A stretch of 64,000 nt of DNA. Source: Candidatus Neptunichlamydia sp. (GTDB lineage Bacteria; Chlamydiota; Chlamydiia; Chlamydiales; Simkaniaceae). Below are positions 10,816 to 19,573 of the stretch, one piece after another. A model generated the notes under the pieces. The model was not told the origin of the DNA. It worked only from the letters and a program-made list of their open reading frames with translations, and did no database searches. The stretch lies in the NCBI GenBank assembly GCA_965233865.1, contig OZ247587.1, positions 288,001 through 352,000 of the forward strand, read 5' to 3'. The position numbers and the translations under genes are program-made. Each line of letters opens with the position of its first letter. Within the stretch, counting starts at the first letter, position 1.

Positions 10816-11698
10816 AAAGAGCGATCGAAGTTTTTAATTCCTCAAATCTCTTTTGGAAGCTTTTCTTTTCTTCTCCTTCACTGTTCTCCACAAGCGTTTC
10901 TAAAATGGGAAGGGTTTGCTTCTGTCGCTGATAACGACTTCGTTTTAAACCTCTCTCTTCAAAAAGTTTAGAGTCTTCAGTTAAAATCTCTAACTGCTCT
11001 TTTAGGGCAGCTTTTTGGGCTAAAACTTTTTCTGGCCACTCTTTGGCTTCTTTTTCGGCGGAGATTGCGGCTTGCTTGGCATTTTCAATGGTTTGCAAGA
11101 GGGTTGCTTTGCTTGTCTCATCACACGACGGGGCGGAGGTCAAAATGGTATAGGCCTTTTCAGCAAGAGATTCTGCTTCCCTGTATAGTTTTGCACTTTC
11201 GCTTAAAGAGGAAACAACACTATTGACATTGCTCAAAGTACGAGGACATTCTTGCATTTTGGTGTATGCAAGGTGGGTCTTTTCTAAGCTCTCATTATAA
11301 AGGGCTTTGGCTTTTTCAAAAGCGATAGATGAGCGGATATTATTAATGCCTTTTTTGAGTTCGCTGATCTCAGTATTGAGGTTTTTTTGATCTTGCTCAC
11401 ACACCTCCTTCATCGAAACACGCCATGGCTCTTTCCGTTTCTTTTTAGGCTTTCCAGCAATATCATTTAGGATGGCATCTACTTTCGAAAGTGCTCTTTG
11501 ACAGCAAGCAAGAGATGCTTGCAAAAGGCGAAGCTTTTCTGTATTTGATCCAACCGTTTTAAACTGTTCTATAAGCTCATTATGCCTTGCCCACTCAGAA
11601 GTGATTTGGGTCCTAATATCCGTGCATTCTTTTTGATTAAGCCCAAATAGTAAGCTAGGAATCAAAAACAAAAGGAAAAAACTGCAGTGCCATTTCAT
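10616..11698 (-). pseudogene. N-terminal fragment of the Rhs gene: Sec signal peptide plus helical/coiled-coil region, frameshifted near 10775
   Basis: MKWHCSFFLLFLIPSLLFG leader, E/K/A-rich helices, and a 200-nt overlap with the next ORF where protein character switches frame. Confidence 0.65.
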
Positions 11699-11750
11699 GA
11701 AAATGCCCAGTACGATTTAATTTCTTCATGTTAATGGTCGAATGGTACTA

Positions 11751-12593
11751 GGTTGTGTTGAGAAATTTACTTTAACCATTGGAGAGCCGCGATAAAATGA
11801 AGGAATGCCTTGAACCTTGATGCTAACTTCTCGAACCGAGAAAACAATCGTCTATAATGTTTGAGGAAGCCAAATAAACATTCGATTTTGTGTCGTTCTT
11901 TATATATGTCTTTATCATGCTCTCGATGATCAATGCGATTTTTCTTTGAGGGAATGATGGCAACAGCTCCGATGCTCTTTACATGATCAATGATTGCATT
12001 GCTGTCGTAGCCTTTGTCAGCCAATAATCTTTTGTAATCCCTACCCTTGAGCAAAGGAATAGCTTGATGACAATCAGCTGCTTGACCACCTGTTAAAATA
12101 AAATCAAGTGGATTACCTAATGCATCACAGATACTATGGATTTTAGTCGTAAAACCTCCACAGGACCGACCTAAGGCCTGCTCGTCTTGACCTCCGGTTT
12201 TTTTTTATTGGCTCCTGCGGCACAGGCATGAGCGCGGAGGACTGTACTGTCGATCATAATATATTCCATGTCTGGATCATTTGAAAAATAGTAGAGCATC
12301 TTGTACCACACACCATGTTCAGCCCAGTCTGCAAAACGATGATAGACGGCATTCCAGTCTCCATATTCCTTTGGTAGCAAACGCTATTGTGCTCCGCTCT
12401 TGGCAATCCAAAATACAGCCTCTACAAAGCAACGAGTTTTCTCTTTGTTATTTGTGTGTATTTTGGGGTAATTACTCAGATATTCGTAAAGTTTCGACCA
12501 GGCGTGGTCATTTATTTTATGCGGGTATAGCATATAGATCTCCTTCTTCAGGAAGTCAGCTTGCACCACTCATGAAAATTTCTCAACACAACC
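11751..12593 (-). mobile_element. IS5-family (IS427-group-like) insertion sequence, 843 bp
   Basis: Perfect 18-bp terminal IRs GGTTGTGTTGAGAAATTT (11751-11768) / AAATTTCTCAACACAACC (12576-12593), flanked by TA on both sides. Confidence 0.9.
11767..12533 (-). pseudogene. IS5-family DDE transposase (orfA/orfB, -1 frameshift at an A9 tract), inactivated by TAG at 12384
   Basis: GAQ*RLLPKEYGDW (conserved Trp mutated), IDST…RAH, GRSCGGFTTKIH, ADKGYDS, YKERHKIECLFGFLKHYRR; A9 run at 12198-12206. Confidence 0.85.
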
Positions 12594-12788
12594 TATGATG
12601 GCTTCCACTCCCCAACGGAGCTCGTGAGTATTTATGAGGCAGTCATCTGAAATTAGGGGGGGCTTTTGAGAAGGGTTATCTGGTTTCTTTACTGTAAAAG
12701 CTCCAGCATATTCGCGTTGCCCTCGTTTAACTTTCTTTTTAAATTGTTTTAGAGCAGAAGTGAAACGCTGGAGCCTAGTTTGGTGCAT
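12594..12788 (-). pseudogene. Small ORF coupled to the integrase, interrupted by the IS5 insertion
   Basis: TAATG overlap with the integrase stop. Removing the IS and one TA gives …WGVEAIIVPFDH* ending near 11732. Confidence 0.4.
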
Positions 12789-13270
12789 TACTCTTCCTCA
12801 ATGAGTTGATCGACATGTTCAGACAACCGTTTAGTGAGCTTTGAGTCTAAATGGCAATAACGTTTGAGCATTTGCAGAGTGCGATGGCCCATAGCGGTTG
12901 CCAATTCTAGATTAGAAGCCCCGGTTTGAGCTGCGAAAGTGCAAAAATTGTGGCGCAAATCATGTAGTCGCAGATCCACCAATTCTGCCTCTTTGCAAGC
13001 TCGTATCCAAGCTTTACGGATATCAAGTTGACTAAACCGTTTTTTTCCTGGAAAGACTTTTTCTTGTTGGGGATTTTTTTCTATATGTAATTGACGTAGT
13101 GTTTCTAGAGTTTTTCCAACAAGTGCGATAGATCTAGGATGGTTATTTTTTGTTTTTTTGAGTTGAATGGTCCCTCTTTCAAAGCTGATACAATTCCAGG
13201 TTAATGAGAGGATTTCTCCTTTTCTGGCACCTGTTGTTAAAGCAAGCAAGACAATCGCATAAAGATATTA
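12788..13270 (-). pseudogene. Tyrosine integrase, catalytic C-terminal domain only
   Basis: TTGARKGE, HDLRH, MGH, KRYCH motifs. In-frame TAA at 13268-13270 and no room for the N-terminal domains before the tRNA. Confidence 0.85.
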
Positions 13271-13320
13271 GTTTGTGTGAGCACATGAGCTGAAGAATGT
13301 TGTAGGGTATTGAGGCTGAG

Positions 13321-13338
13321 TGTGCCAAAATTGTGCCA
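13321..13338. repeat. TGTGCCA-N4-TGTGCCA direct repeat, candidate integrase arm-type site
   Basis: Seen directly between the tRNA 3' end and the integrase remnant. Confidence 0.45.
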
Positions 13339-13425
13339 TAAGCTATTTTTCGCCTGGTTTTTCTAATGATTTTTTATCATTATAGTAAACCATCTTTACT
13401 TATGCTACAACGACTTAAGGAAAAT

Positions 13426-13498
13426 TGGGGCAGGTAGGACTTGAACCTACGACCAACGGATTATGAGTCCGCGGCTCTAACCACTGAGCTACTGCCCC
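13426..13498 (-). tRNA. tRNA with CAT anticodon, most likely tRNA-Ile2(CAU); CCA not encoded
   Basis: GGGGCAG-TA-GCTCAGTGGTTAGAGC-C-GCGGA-CTCATAA-TCCGT-TGGTC-GTAGG-TTCAAGT-CCTAC-CTGCCCC-A. G1:C72 is paired, so not an initiator; overall resemblance to ileX-type tRNAs. Elongator Met not excluded. Confidence 0.92.
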
Positions 13499-13584
13499 AA
13501 ATGAACCATTATATCAATTGAAGAATTATTTGTAACCGTTTTTGCGTTTGAGCACTGTGGGCAAATCTCTCTAAGGAGCTCCTG

Positions 13585-14202
13585 TAAAAGAGCCTTAGTT
13601 GTTATTCTTTACTCACTAGGAAAAGCATCGTATGGTTTTATAGCCAAATTGTTTGGAGTTACAAGAGCTGCCGTATTAAAGTGGATACGCAAAGAAGGTG
13701 AGCTCATAAATAAGCCTAAAATTCCTTCGAATATTAAGGAAATGGAGTTTGATGAGGTGTGGCACTTTATTGGTTCAAAAAAAACAAATTGTGGATCATC
13801 AAGGCCTTGGATCGTGCTTCAAGAAAAACTATCGCATGGGTGCTCGGTCGTCGTAGCGCTGCAACGTTCCGAAAGCTCTATGATAAAGTCTGTCATTTAA
13901 AAGAGTGTATATTTTTCACAGACGACTGGTCCGCTTTCGCAAAGGTTCTTCCCAAATCTCAGCATGTAATAGGAAAGTCTGGGATTACTGCTATCGAGCA
14001 GGATAATAGCAACACTCGCCATCACCTTGGGAAAATGACAAGGAGGAGAAAAGTGCTTTCTAAAACAAAGGAAATGGTTGATACAACTATTAAGTTGTGG
14101 TGTGCTCTTTCAGATCCCAAAATATTCACTGCGTTTCAAAAATTAGGGATATCAACAGATAAAGAGAAACATATTAGAATACATATCAGGAACAAAATCT
14201 GA
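13585..14202 (+). mobile_element. IS1-family transposase remnant (InsA/InsB with A8C slippery site), ends truncated
   Basis: KASYGFIAKLFGVTRAAVLKWIR HTH; EFDEVWHFIGSKK, then -1 frame KKNKLWIIKALDR…FTDDW…IEQDNSNTRHHLG; A8C at 13777-13785. No IRs recognised. Confidence 0.85.
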
Positions 14203-14704
14203 TGAAAGAAATAGAGGTTTAACCCCTCACCCCCCTCCCTTCCAAACAGAAGAGATCCAGATGACCTTACACTTGGTGAATTAGATGATGACCACATCCG
14301 CAATTATTTTTATGATACTGATGATGATTTTGTATAGCCTAAACTATCTCAAACCGTTAAATTCAAAAAAAACTACAAACAGCCCATTTAGCAAAAAGTT
14401 TGCTTGAAGCTTCTATCAATTGCCAAACAAATGCTCCCGCAAACATACTCCCAATTAAGCGATTGGTTATGGGGTTTTTGTCTTATCTCTTTTATAATTA
14501 ATTTATTGAACTATACAAGTACCAACTGGGCATGCCAGATAGCTATAAAGTAGTTCGATGATTCACAGAAAAGCGGGAAGGCTAAAAGGCTTTCAATGAA
14601 TTTTGCAACAAAGCTGCATACTCATTAATTTTTTTTGATCATAATTCTAATGACTGGGTATATATAGAAGTAAGGGTCTTCTATAGACCAAATATCAGTG
14701 AAAG

Positions 14705-15886
14705 ATGAGTATTAAGAGTTTAGTAATAGTTACTTCCATTTTCTTTTGGGTTTGTTCTTTTTGTTTTGCAGATGAACCATTTTTTTCTGCGGGTCCGCCA
14801 ACACGCTCGGACAGTATTCCACGTGAACATGTTGAAAGTGAAGAAGATGCTTATTTAGAAGGATATATTCAGGCGCTAGTCAATGCTAATTTTTATGAAT
14901 TCGATGTCCTTGTGTATGTGGAAAATGAGGACGTATATCTTTACAATTTGCCGAAAAATGCTCTGATCAAAAATAGTATCATTTCTTTTGTGAGCGATAT
15001 TCCTGATGTGAATTCTGTGACTCCTGTTGATAAGTTTCCTGACGAAAAGTTAGCAAAACTTGAAAAAAGGGAGGTTCAGCCTCAGATTAAAGGAGTTTGG
15101 TTTCCCCAACAAACTGTTCTCTATCCTCCAATGATTGCGAATCCCAGAGCAATGATCTATTCAGCGGCGTACCATATTGGAGATAACGTCATTGGAAAAA
15201 AATCCATTGCTGTTTCTTTAGGGGACAACTTTCCGATTTTTCGATGGCGTAATGTTCTTCCTTGGCAAGGAGATATGCAAATTGACATTCAGGCAGGAAT
15301 TTGGTCTGTGTTTAAGATGGGTGTGGACTTCAATGGGGAGATTTCTGAACTCGTTAATACCGACTATCTTGTTGGATTTCCCTTAAGTTATGCTTTTGAT
15401 AAATGGGCGTTTCGCCTCCGTGCATATCATGTTTCGTCTCACTTAGGAGATGAGTATCTTGTTCATAACCCAGGGATTGAGCGATTGAACCCTAGTATGG
15501 AAGCGGTTGATCTATTTACTTCATACCAGGTGAATAGTGCTCTTCGAATCTATGGTGGATTTGGTTGGGTTTTTCATAGTGACAAGACTTACCCTATTAA
15601 GCCACCTCTCTATTTTGAGTGGGGAGGAGAAGTGCGTCTGTTTGGCCGCAAGTTTTTCTACCATCGCCTTTATGGAACAGCGTTTCTATCTGTTTACCTT
15701 AGAAATTGGCAAGTCAATGACTGGAATCTTGATGGGACATATATGGCAGGATATGAGATCAGTAAACTTCAAGGAGTGGGGAGGAAAATGCGGATTTTTG
15801 TTAATTATCACCGCGGCTACTCCGAAGGGCAATTCTTTAAAGATCGCACATCATGGACGGGTTTTGGCTTTTCTTGGGGCTTCTAG
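14705..15886 (+). CDS. DUF1207-family exported/outer-membrane protein
   Basis: Signal peptide, HVSSHLGDE motif, terminal aromatic beta-strand FGFSWGF. Confidence 0.8.
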   Translation: MSIKSLVIVTSIFFWVCSFCFADEPFFSAGPPTRSDSIPREHVESEEDAYLEGYIQALVNANFYEFDVLVYVENEDVYLYNLPKNALIKNSIISFVSDIPDVNSVTPVDKFPDEKLAKLEKREVQPQIKGVWFPQQTVLYPPMIANPRAMIYSAAYHIGDNVIGKKSIAVSLGDNFPIFRWRNVLPWQGDMQIDIQAGIWSVFKMGVDFNGEISELVNTDYLVGFPLSYAFDKWAFRLRAYHVSSHLGDEYLVHNPGIERLNPSMEAVDLFTSYQVNSALRIYGGFGWVFHSDKTYPIKPPLYFEWGGEVRLFGRKFFYHRLYGTAFLSVYLRNWQVNDWNLDGTYMAGYEISKLQGVGRKMRIFVNYHRGYSEGQFFKDRTSWTGFGFSWGF

Positions 15887-15930
15887 CTCCTTGCTTAATA
15901 TTGTTTGAAAGTGGATAATCCGCTCCTATT

Positions 15931-17163
15931 ATGAGTGTTTATCGGAATAAAACGTTTGGAAGTACTCTCTTAGTTGGGGGAACCTCGATTGGGGCTGGAA
16001 TGCTTGCTCTCCCGTTGACGACTGGAGCTGGAGGATTTTTCCCTTCGAGTATCTTACTTTTTATTGCATTTGCTTTTATGCTTATGAGCCTATTTTTCTT
16101 GCTCGAAGTCACTTTGATGTCAGAGAAGATTAATGCTAATTTGATCACGATCTGTAAAGAACGTCTAGGTTCCGTAGGTAAATTTACCGCTTGGGTCTCT
16201 TTTTTGATGCTTCTTTACTCTGTGGCTGCTGCCTATCTTTCAGGTGGAGGCTCATTAATTGCAGATGTTCTGGGTTCAAGTCTTAAGATGAATGTTCCTG
16301 CAAATATTGGAATATTTATTTTCCTGGCTGTTTTTGGATTTATTGTAGTGTTTGAAACCAAGGCAGTTGATGCCATCAATCGCATTTGTATGATTGGATT
16401 AGCTCTTTCGTTTTTATTTCTCCTTATTTTTGTGACTCCTCACGTGGAAGCTAGCAATTATAGCGGAGGAAAGCCAAAATATTTATGGGCGGCTGTACCG
16501 GTAGTAGTCCTCTCCTTTACTTCGCATATTATTGTACCAAGTTTAAGGAGCTATTTGGGTGGCGATGTTGCAAAACTCAAAAAGGCCCTTTTGTATGGGA
16601 GTTTGATCTCTCTTGTCTTCTATTTAGTGTGGGAATTTTTAATTATTGGAATGCTCCCTTTATCTGGAAAGTATGGTCTCGAGACCATTGGGGGTTCACC
16701 TCATCCGGTTGCAGGCCTAACGGATGCTCTAAGTGCTATCTTGGGAGTTCCTTGGGTTGCAGTTGTTGTGGGTCTATTTTCGTTTTTTGCTCTTGTAACA
16801 TCATTTTTTGGTGTAGCTCTCAGCTTGTATGATTTTTTAGCTGATGGTTTTAAGATTAAGAAGACGATCAAAGGAAAAGCCTTTCTTCTTCTATTAATAT
16901 TTGCACCACCCCTTCTTTTTTCTCTATTCTATCCAGGAGGATTTATTTTAGCTCTAGGATATGCTGGAGTTTTTGTAGCGATCCTTTATGGACTTCTTCC
17001 AGCTTTTATGGTCTGGCGTGGACGCTATTTTGAAAAGAAGAAAGAACATTTTCGTGTCTTTGGTGGAAAGCTTACACTTTTGATTATGTTCGTAGGATCT
17101 CTGGCAATTATCTTTTTTCAGATTGCTGCGACTCAAGGGTGGCTTCCAACACTTACAGTTTAG
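15931..17163 (+). CDS. tyrP: Aromatic amino acid permease (TyrP/Mtr, HAAAP family)
   Basis: GTSIGAGMLALP and ALVTSFFGVALSLYDFLAD motifs; ~11 TM helices. Confidence 0.88.
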   Translation: MSVYRNKTFGSTLLVGGTSIGAGMLALPLTTGAGGFFPSSILLFIAFAFMLMSLFFLLEVTLMSEKINANLITICKERLGSVGKFTAWVSFLMLLYSVAAAYLSGGGSLIADVLGSSLKMNVPANIGIFIFLAVFGFIVVFETKAVDAINRICMIGLALSFLFLLIFVTPHVEASNYSGGKPKYLWAAVPVVVLSFTSHIIVPSLRSYLGGDVAKLKKALLYGSLISLVFYLVWEFLIIGMLPLSGKYGLETIGGSPHPVAGLTDALSAILGVPWVAVVVGLFSFFALVTSFFGVALSLYDFLADGFKIKKTIKGKAFLLLLIFAPPLLFSLFYPGGFILALGYAGVFVAILYGLLPAFMVWRGRYFEKKKEHFRVFGGKLTLLIMFVGSLAIIFFQIAATQGWLPTLTV

Positions 17164-17174
17164 GAAAAGAAAAT

Positions 17175-17279
17175 ATGAAGCCAAGAAAGACAAACAAAAA
17201 GGTTATGATTGGGCTTTTGATTCTTTTTACTCTTTTTTTCTTGGTTTATTATTTTGCTTCGCTACTCTCAATCAGCTAA
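17175..17279 (+). CDS. 34-aa single-TM small protein
   Basis: MKPRKTNKKVMIGLLILFTLFFLVYYFASLLSIS, starting 11 nt after the tyrP stop with AGGA upstream. Confidence 0.4.
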   Translation: MKPRKTNKKVMIGLLILFTLFFLVYYFASLLSIS

Positions 17280-17450
17280 TTCTTCTTGTAGAATAACCGG
17301 GTAACTTCTCCCAGATTTCCCTGACAAGATTGTCTTCTCTGTGGATGGTTGGGAACCCTCGCCTTTAAGAGGTTATTTAGGGGTGAGCTATTGGCGAACA
17401 AGAAGGTAAGCCCCCGCAAGACAACAGTCGATTTGTAGGGGAGAGGTTGC

Positions 17451-17802
17451 TTAGTTCTTTACAAGAGAAAGACCGAAAGTAAATTGGTTATTTTTCTTAT
17501 GAGGAGCAAAGGAGTGAACAAAGGTGAGGTGGAGACGCCAACTTGTGCTAATCATTGTGATTAGATCAAACCTTCCTTCATTATAATTAGGCTCTCCTCC
17601 ACGCCCCCAACCAATATGAGATTCAAGGCGCACAATCCACTGTGGAGCGATCTTAATTTGCAATCTGGAAAGAAGGGTATTTCTTCCATCTGATAGAAGA
17701 GAATGGAGGAGATTGTGGATAGCTCTTGTCACTTCCATGATGAAGTCATCGGGGTTATCTTTTCTCCAATCAAAGCAGTTGCAATGGCGGAACTCTGTTT
17801 TA
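17451..17802 (-). repeat. Diverged duplicate of the last ~352 nt of the LptD-like gene (other copy 19574-19925)
   Basis: Ungapped hand alignment, ~23 mismatches in 352 nt, including the stop codon; reading frame intact. Confidence 0.95.
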
Positions 17803-17816
17803 CTTGAGAGGCGACG

Positions 17817-18305
17817 ATGACTGCTATTGTTCCATCATTTTGGAGTGGCGCAGGAAGCGCAGTCCTAGCCGGTGGGGTCCATTTTTTTGAGTTTACGGAT
17901 ATTTTTGGAAAAGTGCCAAGGATGCCTCAAGCAGCCCTTTTTGCGACGACCATTAGCCTAGTCGATCGGGTGATTGAGTTTGAGGTGCGGCATGAGCTCA
18001 AAGATGTGCCCACGACAAAATTCAAGAGCGTCATCATGACGGCTCTTTTAGTCGGCATCAAAATCCTTACCCCTTATGTTCTTAAGTCGTCACTTGAAAA
18101 AGCTTTTCAGGTGAAAATTCCCACCTCTTTTCTTCACCTTCAAACTGCTATTTATGTAGGCGCTCTTGCTGACGGGGAGTTTGAAAACTTAGCAGCTAAG
18201 TGCTTACATCATCTGTGGACTGACCACGAAGACCACCGCCAGTTTACTGCTTTCGTCCGACGCATACACCTTAATTTCCTTGGCCTCTTAGGCGCAGACA
18301 TTTAG
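17817..18305 (+). CDS. Hypothetical membrane-associated protein
   Basis: 162-aa ORF, GAGAGG RBS, several hydrophobic segments. Confidence 0.6.
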   Translation: MTAIVPSFWSGAGSAVLAGGVHFFEFTDIFGKVPRMPQAALFATTISLVDRVIEFEVRHELKDVPTTKFKSVIMTALLVGIKILTPYVLKSSLEKAFQVKIPTSFLHLQTAIYVGALADGEFENLAAKCLHHLWTDHEDHRQFTAFVRRIHLNFLGLLGADI

Positions 18306-18326
18306 ACACGGCTTGTTGGACAAATC

Positions 18327-18870
18327 TTATAAAAACAAAATAAGTAATGGTTTTTTCTCGTTCTTGTTGTTCTTCGCAATTTTTTCTATATTGCTTTCTA
18401 GTTCTTTTATAATTTTGGGAAATTGTTTTTTGTCTCCAATTTTGTCATTATAATCAAATAGCACTTTTTCAGCATACATGAATACGTACCCCTGGGATTT
18501 GAAATCTGAATCAATGTCATCAGGAACAGCAGTTATATATTCGCTTGTTAATTGGTCATAAGGCTTGCCAGAATAAGAAGAACTAGGTCCAGCATCGGGA
18601 GGTCTTACAAACTCTAATCTCGCTAAAATGGAACCGATTGCGGATTCTTTTTTTTTGTTTTTCCAAGAACAATCGTCTACGAAAGCAACTTCAATAGCGT
18701 ATTGCTTTTCTAGCTGTCTCAGGGCAGATTCTACTTTCTTTCTTTCTTTCTACTTTAGATTCGGTTTCTACAAAAACTCCAAAAATGTCTCTATCGTTTT
18801 TGAGTGCAAATGCCTGAGTTTTTAATAAAACAAGACAAACGAATAGAAAACTCACAATTAATTTTTTCAT
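18327..18870 (-). pseudogene. Signal-peptide protein frameshifted by a (GAAA)4 tract at 18735-18750
   Basis: MKKLIVSFLFVCLVLLKTQAFA leader. The span is 544 nt; removing one GAAA unit gives a continuous 179-aa ORF (…SKVERKKVESALRQLEKQY…). Confidence 0.75.
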
Positions 18871-18886
18871 AATCTTTCTCTAATGT

Positions 18887-19225
18887 TTAACATAATGGCT
18901 TTGTATAGTGGGGGTTACCTGTATAATGAGGATTTTCATTATAATGCCTCGAAGATTCATCTGCATCTAAGATAATTCCTTTCGTAATAAGGTCCTCCCT
19001 GTTTCTTTCTATTTCTTCCGCCCAATTGTAAAATCTCACATCAGAAAAGTCTTTTCCCTGATCCTTTACGTGTTTTTTGAATTCATCCACAGTCCTCAAG
19101 CAATCATTAGCTATATCCAAAACAACAATCCCTGTTGTTAACGCAGCACTCTTATAATCTCTTTTTATCACTAATGCGGCAATAGTTCCTATTTTTATGA
19201 CTGTATTAGCTAGAGATGTGAACAT
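18887..19225 (-). CDS. Hypothetical protein, possibly an orphan C-terminal fragment
   Basis: 112 aa; frame open ~15 codons upstream of the ATG, no clear RBS; ends 16 nt before the next gene. Confidence 0.45.
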   Translation of the reverse strand: MFTSLANTVIKIGTIAALVIKRDYKSAALTTGIVVLDIANDCLRTVDEFKKHVKDQGKDFSDVRFYNWAEEIERNREDLITKGIILDADESSRHYNENPHYTGNPHYTKPLC

Positions 19226-19270
19226 TTTTTTCTTTCGCTCTTCTTCTTCTGGTGATTGGCAATGTATTGC

Positions 19271-19504
19271 TCAAATCATCATTTGAATCTCAAATTCTTG
19301 TTCTTCTTTCTTTTCAGGATCAAAATATCCCCATAGGAAACTACAGGGCTTAGATTGGCTATTCAACATACTAAGGACCCTTTGACTAAAACAATCACCT
19401 AGATCTTTTTGATGTGCAACCACTCTGCCATTCATTTCGCCAGTGTCTTCTTTATCTACTTCACTCAGAGCTGTTATCTCCGAGGACACCGCTTCAATTG
19501 CCAT
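19271..19504 (-). CDS. Small acidic hypothetical protein
   Basis: Strong GGAGGTG RBS; 77 aa. Confidence 0.6.
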   Translation of the reverse strand: MAIEAVSSEITALSEVDKEDTGEMNGRVVAHQKDLGDCFSQRVLSMLNSQSKPCSFLWGYFDPEKKEEQEFEIQMMI

Positions 19505-19573
19505 CTTTTCACCTCCATTCCTATTAAAAGACTAAGGGAATTATGGATAATAATAGTTTTAAATAGAATGGCT

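Noticed and set aside
2863..12386. Stop-codon reassignment (TAG/TGA read as Trp)
   Set aside because: Core genes end normally in TAG (rnr, CBS gene, tyrP) and TGA (galE, DUF3604) and use TGG for Trp. The lesions are confined to accessory DNA.
13426..13498. Initiator tRNA-fMet
   Set aside because: Has a G1:C72 pair and lacks the three consecutive G:C pairs at the base of the anticodon stem.
17345..17445. IS200/IS605-type end
   Set aside because: Only loose resemblance and imperfect hairpins, with no tnpA/tnpB nearby.
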